A stretch of DNA of 64,000 bases from Myxococcales bacterium. GTDB taxonomy: Bacteria; Myxococcota_A; Polyangia; Polyangiales; DASUME01. The notes under the pieces were generated by a model that was not told where the DNA came from, did not search any database, and worked only from the letters and a program-made list of their open reading frames with translations. A program made the position numbers and the translations under genes. Position 1 is the first letter of the stretch. The number at the start of each line of letters is the position of its first letter. Positions 28,077 through 37,300 of this stretch are shown in pieces. Location: assembly GCA_047601445.1 (NCBI GenBank), contig JASGJH010000001.1:5056001-5120000 (forward strand), read 5' to 3'.

Positions 28077-29201
28077 TCACAGACCCTTCAGGCGAAACCA
28101 GCCGTTGATCCCCGGCATCGAGAACCCGGACTTCATGCGGACGAAGGCCGGGAGCAGGGCCACCGAAAGGACCAGCAGTGCGCTCAGGGTCTCCATGGGC
28201 TGGTCGGCGTCCTCCCGGGTCTCCTCGAGGGATTGAACCAGGAAGGCGAGGAACGCAGGCCAAGCGGTGCACACGAAGACCCGCGTCCCGTCGCGGGTCG
28301 CGAGCGTCACGAGGCCCGGGACGAGGAGCATCCCGAGGGCGACGCGCCGCTTGCGAGCGGTACTGGCCGGGTCCAACAGGAGCCACCCGGCGACGAGCAG
28401 CCAAGCGGCCCCGTAGCAAGCGTAGAGACCCATGGTTCCGGATTGCATGGCGACGCGCAGCGAGAGCCCGAGCGCAGCCGGAAGGATCTCGAGCCGCGTG
28501 TCCCCCGTGTGCGCCGAGAGTGCCGCGTAGAGCATGCAACAGACCGCCGATGCGCCAAGGCCGAGGGCCCCTGGGATGACGACTCGACGAGGCCGCGAGC
28601 CCCACGCAACGATCAGCCACGCAGCTGCTGCGACCAGAGCTTGCTCGGGATTCGCCGCTCCGATCACGATGCCCCCGAGGGCCGCAACGACGGGAGAGGG
28701 CGCGAGCCCCAACAGCGTGCCGCCGAGAATGGTGTACACGTCGTAGTGCTCGCGAGGATTCAGCAACACACTTGGCATCGAGCTCGCCGAGATCCAGAGC
28801 AGCGCGAGACGGCCTCTCGGACCCGTTCCAAGCGTCACGAAGGTAAGCGTTGCGGCCAGGAGCAAAGCGCCAGCGGTGAGGCCCGCGTGGAGCAGCTTCC
28901 ACTGAGTCAGGCTCTCCAGGCCGAGCAGCTTGGGCAGCGCGAAGATCACGAGCCCATGGCAGCGAAAGTCGGCCGTGGTCACCGACAGATCTGCGAAGCA
29001 CTTGAGCGTGGGATCCGTGGCCGGGTTGAAATTGAAGCCGTGCGCTCCATTGCGAAGCAGCATGACGCCAGCCACGAGCGCCGTGAACCACGCGACGTGG
29101 ATGCGGTAGACGTCTGCCAGGATCCGCCCCTCGATGGCACGCCAGCGGGAGCGAGCGGGAGCTAGACGCGCTGGCTTCAACACCACTTCGTGGAGGCTCA
29201 T
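28077..29201 (-). CDS. polytopic membrane protein, paralog of 22674..23726
   Basis: DFRCH, HYDVY, NPEQ, QSGTMGLYAC, DGTRVFV; many TM segments. Start uncertain (29201 or 29240). Confidence 0.7.
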   Translation of the reverse strand: MSLHEVVLKPARLAPARSRWRAIEGRILADVYRIHVAWFTALVAGVMLLRNGAHGFNFNPATDPTLKCFADLSVTTADFRCHGLVIFALPKLLGLESLTQWKLLHAGLTAGALLLAATLTFVTLGTGPRGRLALLWISASSMPSVLLNPREHYDVYTILGGTLLGLAPSPVVAALGGIVIGAANPEQALVAAAAWLIVAWGSRPRRVVIPGALGLGASAVCCMLYAALSAHTGDTRLEILPAALGLSLRVAMQSGTMGLYACYGAAWLLVAGWLLLDPASTARKRRVALGMLLVPGLVTLATRDGTRVFVCTAWPAFLAFLVQSLEETREDADQPMETLSALLVLSVALLPAFVRMKSGFSMPGINGWFRLKGL

Positions 29202-29309
29202 GGCTCGAGGCTTTCCGTCGTCGTCTGCAAAACGCGGCAATATGGCCGCGAATGCTCACGACTTCGAGCCCAGCCCCCAGGAAGGTAGGGGTGAAGCGCT
29301 CGACGTGAG

Positions 29310-30701
29310 TCAGGGCTTCAGATGAATCGAGCGCGTCCGCGTGAGCTGATCGAACCCGAGCACGCTCAAGCTATGCCCTCTTCCCGACTGGTTCACGCCG
29401 CTCCAGGGTAGGCGCGGATCCACGTGGTCGCAGCGGTTCATGAACACGGTGCCGAAGTTCAGCTCGCGGGCGAAGCGCTCGGCGCGCTGGCTGTCGTTGG
29501 TCCACACGCTGGCGGTGAGTCCGTATTCGGAGTCGTTCATCGCCTTCAAAGCCTCTTCGTCCGACTTCACCTTCTGGATGGCCAGGATGGGACCGAACTG
29601 TTCGTCGCGCATCACGCGGGCGCTCTGCGGCACGTCGGCCAACACAGTGGGCATGAAGAAACGGCCACGCTCACCCACCTGGGTGCGCTCGCCGCCAACC
29701 ACCAGGCGCGCTCCTGCGCGCACGGCCTCGCGTACCAGGGCCTCGAGCTCCGCCACATGATGCGGCTGCGCCACGGGGCCGAGCGAGGTGTTGGGGTCGA
29801 GCGGATCCCCGAGCACGTAGGCCTCGGCGAGCTTCTTCGCGCCCTCCACGAAGGCGTCGTAGTGCTTCTCGTGCACGTAGGCGCGCTCCACCGCGCAGCA
29901 GCTCTGGCCCGCGTTGTACATGGCGCCATCCACCAGGTTCTCCACGGCGCGCGCCACGTCGGCGTCCTCTGCCACGTAGGCCGGGTCGTTGCCGCCGAGC
30001 TCGTAGCCAATCTGCAGGAAGCGCCCTGCGGCCGCCTCGCTCACCTTGCGTCCACCCAGCACGGAGCCGGTGAACACCACGTGATCCACGCGCGGATCGG
30101 CCACCATCTTGGCGGTGAGCTCGTGCGTGCAATCCAGGGCCTGCACGATGCGCGGATCGGCACCCGCCTCGGCGAACGCTTCAGCGAACATGGGGCCACA
30201 CAGCGGCGAGCGCGGCGAGTGCTTCACGATCACCGCATTGCCAGCGAGCACGGCGGGCATCACCACGTTGACCGCCGTCAACAGCGGGTAGTTCCAGGCG
30301 GGCAAGTCGAGCACCACACCGAGGGGCACCTTGATGATGCGGCGCGTGATCCCGTCATCCCCAGCGACCTCGATGGGAGCCAAGCCCTTGTCGGCCTGCT
30401 CGATCATCGCGCGCGCTCGCACTGCCATGGTGCGTAGCTCGCCCTGGGCCTGCTTCTCGGGCTTGCCCATCATGCGACTGATCTCGGCGCAGTAGCGCTC
30501 TGCGCGCGACTCCATCACCTGCGTGGCACGCTCCACCAACACCTTGCGATCGGCCAGCGACATCGCCTGCACGATGCGGGCCCCCTCTCGGGCTCGCGCG
30601 AGGAGCTGGTCGATCTGCTCCCAGTCCGCGAGCGGCACCTCGCATGCGAGGTTGAGCGTGAAGGGATTGTCGACTTTGAGGGTTCCGGCTGAGCTCGTCA
30701 T
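29310..30701 (-). CDS. aldehyde dehydrogenase
   Basis: AWNYP, FTGSV, ELGGNDP, NAGQSCCAVER, EQFGP, YGLTAS. Confidence 0.93.
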   Translation of the reverse strand: MTSSAGTLKVDNPFTLNLACEVPLADWEQIDQLLARAREGARIVQAMSLADRKVLVERATQVMESRAERYCAEISRMMGKPEKQAQGELRTMAVRARAMIEQADKGLAPIEVAGDDGITRRIIKVPLGVVLDLPAWNYPLLTAVNVVMPAVLAGNAVIVKHSPRSPLCGPMFAEAFAEAGADPRIVQALDCTHELTAKMVADPRVDHVVFTGSVLGGRKVSEAAAGRFLQIGYELGGNDPAYVAEDADVARAVENLVDGAMYNAGQSCCAVERAYVHEKHYDAFVEGAKKLAEAYVLGDPLDPNTSLGPVAQPHHVAELEALVREAVRAGARLVVGGERTQVGERGRFFMPTVLADVPQSARVMRDEQFGPILAIQKVKSDEEALKAMNDSEYGLTASVWTNDSQRAERFARELNFGTVFMNRCDHVDPRLPWSGVNQSGRGHSLSVLGFDQLTRTRSIHLKP

Positions 30702-30831
30702 TGCCGCGGGATGATCGCGCAGAGCTCGAGCTTGTTCAAGGCCACGGCGAGCTCGGCGAAGGCAAAAGCGAAGACCGCCCCAGCCCGTAGCCGGATAGGG
30801 CGAAAGCGAAAAAGCGAAAACCGTCCCCTGC

Positions 30832-32310
30832 TCAGAGAAGGCGGCGGAGCCAGCCCTCTTTCGATTCCGTGTAGGGCGGGTAGGCAAAGCTCGGGTCGAT
30901 GAAGGAGCCCTTTTTCAGGACTGCCTTTTTGTGACTGAATGTGTCGAACGAGTGTTTGCCGTGGTAGGCGCCCATGCCGCTCTCGCCCACGCCCCCGAAT
31001 GGCAGGGAGTGCACGCCCAGGTGGATCATGGCGTGGTTCATCACCATGCCGCCCGAGCTGGTGCGAGACACGACCTGCTCGTAGGACGCATCGCTGCCCG
31101 AGAACAGGTAAAGTGCGAGGGGCTTGGGACGCGCGTTGATGAACCCGATGGCTTGCTCGAGGTTGTCCACCTTGATCACCGGCAGGATGGGCCCGAAGAT
31201 TTCGTCCCGCATGATGGGCGCCTCGGGGCCGACGCCGGTGAGGATGGTGGGCGCGAGATAGCGATCCGACTCATCCCCCACGCCGCCGACTGCCACCTCT
31301 CCGCTGCCCGGGAGCAAGCTCATCAAGCGGCGATGATGGCGCGCGTTCACGATGCGCCCGTAGTCCTTGCTGCGCTGGGGGTCCTCGCCGAAGAACTCCT
31401 TGAGGGTGTCCTTCAGCTTCGTCACGAATGCGTCGTGCACGGAGGCGTGCACGAGCAGGTAGTCCGGCGCCACGCAGGTCTGACCGCAGTTGTAGAACTT
31501 GGTCCAGGCCACGCGGCGAGCGCCCACCTCGAGATCCACGCTTTCGTCGATGATGCACGGGCTCTTGCCGCCCAGCTCGAGCGTGACCGGCGTGAGGTGC
31601 TTGGCCGCGGCTTGCATCACGATGCGTCCCACGGTGCCGTTGCCGGTGTAGAAGATGTGATCGAAGCGCTGGGCCAGGAGCTCGGTGGTCTCGGGCACGG
31701 CGCCCTCCACCACGGCCACAGCCTCTTGATCGAGGTACTTGGGCAAGAGACGCGCGAGCAGCGCGCTGGTGGCCGGCGCGACCTCGGAGGGCTTCACCAC
31801 CACGCAGTTACCCGCCGCGAGTGCCCCTGCGATGGGGTTGATGGCCAATGAGAAGGGATAGTTCCAGGGCGTGATCACCAGCACCACGCCGAGCGGCTCG
31901 CGCACGATGCGGCTCTTGCCGGGCATGGCGGCCACCGCCGTGGACACGCGCTCGGGCTTCATCCACTTGCGCAGGTTCTTCTTGATGTACTTGGTGCCGT
32001 TGACGCAGTCGCTGACTTCGGCGATCCACGCTTCGAGCGACGGCTTGCCGACATCGGCGTGCAGCGCTTCGCCGATCGCTTTCTCTTCGACGCTGAGCAT
32101 CTGCAGGAGTCCGTCGAGCTGCTGCACGCGCCACTCGTAGGAGCGCGTGCGACCAGTGTCGAAGGTCGCGCGAACGCGACTCACCGTCTGCTCGATGGCA
32201 GAGGGAGAACTCGCAGCCTTGCTGGCCTCGATGCCTGCCAACTTGGGTGCGCGTCCCTGGTCGAGCTGACGTTCTTGTCCACGCGGGTCGACTGCGGGAT
32301 AGGTGTTCAC
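30832..32310 (-). CDS. aldehyde dehydrogenase (class 3 / fatty- or coniferyl-aldehyde type)
   Basis: PWNYP, YTGNG, LELGGKSP, GQTCVAPDY, EIFGP, PFGGVGESGMGAYHG, YPPY. Start uncertain. Confidence 0.92.
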   Translation of the reverse strand: MNTYPAVDPRGQERQLDQGRAPKLAGIEASKAASSPSAIEQTVSRVRATFDTGRTRSYEWRVQQLDGLLQMLSVEEKAIGEALHADVGKPSLEAWIAEVSDCVNGTKYIKKNLRKWMKPERVSTAVAAMPGKSRIVREPLGVVLVITPWNYPFSLAINPIAGALAAGNCVVVKPSEVAPATSALLARLLPKYLDQEAVAVVEGAVPETTELLAQRFDHIFYTGNGTVGRIVMQAAAKHLTPVTLELGGKSPCIIDESVDLEVGARRVAWTKFYNCGQTCVAPDYLLVHASVHDAFVTKLKDTLKEFFGEDPQRSKDYGRIVNARHHRRLMSLLPGSGEVAVGGVGDESDRYLAPTILTGVGPEAPIMRDEIFGPILPVIKVDNLEQAIGFINARPKPLALYLFSGSDASYEQVVSRTSSGGMVMNHAMIHLGVHSLPFGGVGESGMGAYHGKHSFDTFSHKKAVLKKGSFIDPSFAYPPYTESKEGWLRRLL

Positions 32311-32413
32311 GGGTCCTCTTGCCTCCAGCCTTCTTGGTAGCAAAGACGCATGGTTCTGGCACTGGCCCGAGTGTCAAAACGACTGGGACTGGGGACTGGG
32401 GCGGGCCCGCGTG

Positions 32414-34000
32414 TCACCGGTGTTTGTAGACCCGCCAACGTCTGCCGCTAAACACTGGTTGCCACAGCTCGGGTTGGCGCGCGATCCGGCCCGGGCCCCC
32501 ACGCACGAGCACATAGTGGTACCACGCGAGGTCTCGCTCCGGGTCCACGCGCTCGGGTTGCCACTCCCAACGTGGTGGCACCCTGGGCGGACGCAGCGCC
32601 TCGCGGAAGTGAAAGGGCGATTGCGGAAAGTCCGCGAAGGTAAACATCACGGCGCCCCCCTTTTGCGCCTGGTAGAGCGCGACGTACTGCAGGAAGGGCG
32701 AGAACTTCACGCTGCGTGAACCGCGGTCGAAGATGAGCCCGGCCACGCGCTCGGCCTTGGGAATCACCTCCAGAGCACGCTCGAAGTCTCCGACCTCCTC
32801 GCGCTCGAACTCTCGGAAGGCCTGCCCAACTTCCACGAACCCGAACAGGGCCACGGCTGCAGCGAGCGCCAACACGAGCTGTCCCCGCACGCCGCGCTGG
32901 TTCGGCACCAACAGCAACGCAAACAACAGCGAAAGCAGCGGAAAACGCGCCGAGATGGGCCAGATCCAGTCGTAGCCGGTGGGCGCCACGAAGTAAGCGA
33001 GCGCCGCCAGCGGACACAGCAAGGCGAGCCGCCACACGAAGGCCTCGTGGTCGAGCTCGGACGCAGGCTCCTGCGTACGCTCACGCACCCCGAGCGCGAA
33101 TGCGATCAGTAAGGCCACCACCCAAAGCACCCACAGCTGATCGTCGCGCTCGCTGGTGAGTACATCCGTGAGCCACATCGGCAGGTCCCGCATGGCCTGG
33201 GCCACCGTCGCGAACTGCGCGCCGCGCTGACCTTCGGCGCCACCCGCCGCCGCCAAGGTGGAGCTGCCCGCCGGGGTGAGAAAGAGCCAGCTTCCGCAGG
33301 CGATCCCGACCGGCACGAAGACCCACAGCCGCATGACGCTAGCCTTGAGTTCGCCGCCCAGCAGCACGAGAAGGGTGCCCAGGGCCAGGAAGGCGAAGGG
33401 CACCACGTGCATGTAAAAGCACCCCAACAGCAGCGCGCCCAACAGGATGCCGTTGCCCCGGGTGGCCGCGCGTCGGAAGCGCAACGCCGCAGTGAGTCCC
33501 ATGAACAGGAGCGGCAGCGCGGCGATGAAGTTGAAGAAGCCGAGCACCAAGTGCGCGTTGTACGTGAGCCCAAAGGAGAACACGGCCAAGCGCGGGTCCC
33601 GGCCGAGCGCGCGCAGCAGCTGGGCGAGCGACCAGGGCAAGGCGATCAAGGCGGCGCACAACAGCAGCTTGTTGGCGAGTTCCACGCCGAAGACGAACGA
33701 GAGCAGATAGGCCAGGCCGTAGTAGGCGAGGTACTGGGTGCGCAGGAAGTGCAGCTCGAAATAAGTCCCGAGCGAGAGATCCGGATAATGCCGAAGCACC
33801 GAGATGGCGGCCAAGTGCTGGGGCATGTCCTGGAGCGGAGGACGCGACACCAGCAGCAGCGGAAGTACGCTGGCTAGCGTGAGCAGCGCGAAGATACTGG
33901 ACCAGGGCCCGCCGAGGAGGGCCAAGCCCGAACTCCACGCGCGCTGCTTGGCAGACGCAGGTTCGCTCGCGAGCTCGCTTCGCAGCACCGCTTGGCTCAA
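32414..34000 (-). CDS. polytopic membrane protein, GT-C-fold glycosyltransferase-like
   Basis: PLQDMPQH first-loop acidic motif, GFFNF, about 10 TM segments, soluble C-terminal domain. Confidence 0.6.
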   Translation of the reverse strand: MSQAVLRSELASEPASAKQRAWSSGLALLGGPWSSIFALLTLASVLPLLLVSRPPLQDMPQHLAAISVLRHYPDLSLGTYFELHFLRTQYLAYYGLAYLLSFVFGVELANKLLLCAALIALPWSLAQLLRALGRDPRLAVFSFGLTYNAHLVLGFFNFIAALPLLFMGLTAALRFRRAATRGNGILLGALLLGCFYMHVVPFAFLALGTLLVLLGGELKASVMRLWVFVPVGIACGSWLFLTPAGSSTLAAAGGAEGQRGAQFATVAQAMRDLPMWLTDVLTSERDDQLWVLWVVALLIAFALGVRERTQEPASELDHEAFVWRLALLCPLAALAYFVAPTGYDWIWPISARFPLLSLLFALLLVPNQRGVRGQLVLALAAAVALFGFVEVGQAFREFEREEVGDFERALEVIPKAERVAGLIFDRGSRSVKFSPFLQYVALYQAQKGGAVMFTFADFPQSPFHFREALRPPRVPPRWEWQPERVDPERDLAWYHYVLVRGGPGRIARQPELWQPVFSGRRWRVYKHR

Positions 34001-34923
34001 GCCCGGAGCAGGCGGCCGACGTGCGCGCGTTCCCAGGCGATGGCGCGCGCGTAGTGACGGAAGCGCTGTTCGCTCTCGAGGAACTCGGTGGTGTGCACGG
34101 CACGCCGACCATCGCGGACCGGCATGGGCATCATGTGGTGAAGCATCTCGTGAAAAACGATGTACTCCACGAAGTAGCGGGGGACCCAGACGCGGTCGAG
34201 CACCGGATGGATGCGGATCAACTTGCGGTCCGCGCAGTAGGTGCCGAGCTTGATGCTGTCGCGCTGAGCCTTACGGGCCTTGGTGCGGCGCCCCCAGGTG
34301 ACGCTGGCGTCGACCATGCCCTGGAAGTACGTGTCGTTGAGCCGATCGAAGATGGCGCGTAGGTCGTGCTTGCGGCCAGCGGTGCAGAGGCTGTCCGGGT
34401 CGCGGTGAAGGGCCGGCCGGATCCGCTGCTGGTTAGATTCGATATAGGCGCCGATTACATCGTTGGCAGCACGATCTCCATAACGGAGGTAGCGGCCCAG
34501 GGCGTGCTGGGTGAAGGGGTCGGCGTCCAGGAACATGTGATGGACGCGGACCTCGAGGGAGCCCCCCGACTGACGCGCCGTGATCATGGTCCGGCGGTTA
34601 TCGGTGATTGCAAGACTGATACGCTGGCCCAGCACATGGCGGAGCGCGCGCTCGAGCTGCTGGCGGGCACCTTCATGGACAAACAGGTTGGGAGCAGCGG
34701 TCAGCGCCTGATCGCTTGCGTCCTGGCGCAGGCCCTGGGGAACCCGGACCGCCGAGCGGGCCAAACGCGGGGCACTCACCAGCCCCGGCGACAATGTGCG
34801 ACGGGGGGCGGGTGTGGGGCCGGCGTGGACTAAGCGATGGCGCGTCTGAGACAACGCGCGCGACGCCAGAAACGGAAAGGAGCCACTGCTTTGTGACACC
34901 GTGTCCTCCGCGGCCGAAGCCAA
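33997..34923 (-). CDS. SprT/DUF45-like zinc metalloprotease
   Basis: FDRLNDTYF, KLGTY, IRIHPVLD, YIVFHEMLH (HExxH), H-x-x-x-F. True start probably downstream of 34923. Confidence 0.75.
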   Translation of the reverse strand: MASAAEDTVSQSSGSFPFLASRALSQTRHRLVHAGPTPAPRRTLSPGLVSAPRLARSAVRVPQGLRQDASDQALTAAPNLFVHEGARQQLERALRHVLGQRISLAITDNRRTMITARQSGGSLEVRVHHMFLDADPFTQHALGRYLRYGDRAANDVIGAYIESNQQRIRPALHRDPDSLCTAGRKHDLRAIFDRLNDTYFQGMVDASVTWGRRTKARKAQRDSIKLGTYCADRKLIRIHPVLDRVWVPRYFVEYIVFHEMLHHMMPMPVRDGRRAVHTTEFLESEQRFRHYARAIAWERAHVGRLLRA

Positions 34924-35196
34924 AACCCTACCGACCCATCAACCGGGCTGATCCGCACCCCGAAAAGTACGGCTAGCTTCAATCATATCGGGCGCTTAGC
35001 CGCCGCGATTGAGGGCACGCTAAAGCGCACCCTCCCCCTTGTCAAGCGGAGGTCCGGAAGATGTCGTAAGGTTATGAAACTGCTCGGTTTGATCCGTCCT
35101 TGGGACGCCCAACCGGGGGACTTGACGCGGGGGCCAAAAACCCCTTCCTGAACCTGCCCTCGATGCTGCCAAAAGGCAGTTGTAGGAGAGTGCTCG

Positions 35197-35892
35197 ATGA
35201 CGGTTCGCATCGCCTACTTCGCTGCTGCACGCGAGCTCGCAGAGTGCTCGAGCGAAGAACTTCCGTTCCAACACACGCTCGATGTCGAACAGTTCAAGAC
35301 GTGGCTCGGCGAGCGCAAGCCTCGCCTCAAGCCCTACCTGTCGCGCATGCGTCTGGCGATCAACGGTGAGTTCGCAGCGCGCGACGCACGCGTGGTCAAT
35401 GGTGACGAGGTCGCGGTCATGCCTCCCGTCGCTGGCGGCAGCGACGCTGCTGCGTCGCGTTCGATCCTGGCCGAGGTCCGGGAGCGCCCGCTGTCCCTGG
35501 ACGATGCCATCGATGCCGTACGTGATCCCAGCGCAGGGGGCATCGCGGTGTTCCTGGGCGTCGTGCGTGATCATCACCAGGGCAAGGCCGTGGCGCGACT
35601 CGACTACGAGGCGTTCGCCGAACTGGCCAACAAGGAGATGCAGCGGGTGGTGCGCGAGCTGACGGACACACAGCCGGGCGTGCGTATCGCCGTCCTGCAC
35701 CGTGTAGGCGCGTTGAGCATCGGGGACACGGCCGTGGTGGTCGCCGCCAGCGCAGCCCACCGCGAGCAGGCGTTCGCGGCGTGCCGGGAGACCATCGACC
35801 GCATCAAGGCCACGGTTCCCATCTGGAAGAAGGAGTGGGCCCCCGACGGCAGCGCCCTGTGGGTTAACCTGGAAGCCGACGAACGGAAGTAG
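35197..35892 (+). CDS. moaDE: fused molybdopterin synthase small and large subunits (MoaD-MoaE, MoaX-like)
   Basis: YFAAARE...GDEVAVMPPVAGG (MoaD) followed by GIAVFLGVVR, LDYEA, HRVG, AHR, PIWKKE (MoaE). Confidence 0.92.
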   Translation: MTVRIAYFAAARELAECSSEELPFQHTLDVEQFKTWLGERKPRLKPYLSRMRLAINGEFAARDARVVNGDEVAVMPPVAGGSDAAASRSILAEVRERPLSLDDAIDAVRDPSAGGIAVFLGVVRDHHQGKAVARLDYEAFAELANKEMQRVVRELTDTQPGVRIAVLHRVGALSIGDTAVVVAASAAHREQAFAACRETIDRIKATVPIWKKEWAPDGSALWVNLEADERK

Positions 35893-35972
35893 AAGTAAAG
35901 GACAGCTCGCTTCGCCCTCGAACGCTCAAGCGCCTCTGTTTTCGGGGAAGCCCTCATGGCGGAAGGCTGGTT

Positions 35973-37190
35973 TTAGGCACCCACGGGAGTAGCCAGGCTT
36001 GGTCGGCCACGCGAGTGCCATTGGTCGGCGATCTCGACGAGGTGCTCCACGCGGCGCTCGAAGGTCTTCTCGAAGGCGTGCTGACGGGCGAAGCGCAGTC
36101 CGATATGGGCACGCTCCAGGATCTGCTCGCGCGATAGCTCGATGATGCGCTGGGCGAGTCGCTCGGGTTGGTTGAGCGGCACACCAAAGCCCACGTCGGC
36201 CAGCTTGAGCAGTCCGGCCAGCGCTTCGTTCTCGTAGCCAATCAAGGGAACCCCCGCCGCGAGCGTCTCGAGGTAGGTGCACGAGGGATCGCCCTGACGG
36301 TGGCAGACCACGAACAGGTCGACCTCTCGACGCACGAGCGGAACGAGCTCGGTGGCGAAGGGCAACGCGCCCAGGAAGTGCACCTCGTGCAAGCCCTCGC
36401 GCCGGACCCGCGCCTGCATGGCCTCGAGGGAGCTGCCCTCCCCGGCGATCAAGAACCGGAACGGGAAGTTTCTGCGCTTGAGCTGGGCGGCCACCTCGAT
36501 GAGGTCCTCCGCCCCCTTCATGGGGATCAGACGGCCCGAGAAGGCCAGCGTGAGCGGGCGTCCCTCGCGGAGTCGGCGCGCGCGCGCGTCCATCTCGCCG
36601 GGTGTGGCGAACATGGCCTGCTCGGTGCGCGTGTCGAAGTAGAGCAGTGGGTTCTTGGAGAAGCGGCGGTACCAGCCGAAGGTGGGCGTGCCGTTGCATT
36701 GCACGCCGGCGGAGCGAGAGATGGTGCGCAGCGTGAAGAGCTCCTGATTGAGCTCCCACAGCGCGGTGCGCAAGAAGCGCAGCGAGCGGGGTGCAGTGAC
36801 CCAGGCGATCTGCAAGCGGGTCTGCAGGGAGTACTCGGTGATGTTCACGCAGGGCACGTCGAGCTCCTTGCAGAGCTCGATGAGGTTGGGGATGCGCCAG
36901 TCAGGGCCGGCCATCACGAGCCCGCTGCCGGCGAGCTTCTCCTTGAGGCCGGGGCCATCGAAGTTGAAGACCTCGAGGTCGAAGGAGAGCTCCCTGGGCT
37001 TGACCTTGATGTGATCGAGGTCGCCCGTCATCTGCGGGCACGGGTGCAAGAGGACCTTCACCCGCCCGGGCCACAGGCGTCGATAACGCTCGATGCCCTC
37101 GAGAAACTTGCGGGTGAGGACCACGTGCTCGGGGTCCGGAACGAACGCCGTGAAGTACGGCAAAATGGTCAACGTGCCGAAAGACGCCAT
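35973..37190 (-). CDS. GT-B glycosyltransferase (family 4-like)
   Basis: FSGRLIPMKG, IAGEG, HRQGDPSCTYLETLAAGVP. Confidence 0.85.
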   Translation of the reverse strand: MASFGTLTILPYFTAFVPDPEHVVLTRKFLEGIERYRRLWPGRVKVLLHPCPQMTGDLDHIKVKPRELSFDLEVFNFDGPGLKEKLAGSGLVMAGPDWRIPNLIELCKELDVPCVNITEYSLQTRLQIAWVTAPRSLRFLRTALWELNQELFTLRTISRSAGVQCNGTPTFGWYRRFSKNPLLYFDTRTEQAMFATPGEMDARARRLREGRPLTLAFSGRLIPMKGAEDLIEVAAQLKRRNFPFRFLIAGEGSSLEAMQARVRREGLHEVHFLGALPFATELVPLVRREVDLFVVCHRQGDPSCTYLETLAAGVPLIGYENEALAGLLKLADVGFGVPLNQPERLAQRIIELSREQILERAHIGLRFARQHAFEKTFERRVEHLVEIADQWHSRGRPSLATPVGA

Positions 37191-37300
37191 GTCACTCGAG
37201 CTAACACGGTCTTTTGCGTGCGATCAAACGGCACGCTTTCGCACAGTGAAGCCCGAACGCGACATCGAAATGGAGACTCGTCCCGAGCTCGGCACGAAGC

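Noticed and set aside
34924..35196. Moco/Wco riboswitch upstream of moaDE
   Set aside because: I could not recognise the conserved motif by eye; an Rfam/Infernal scan is needed.
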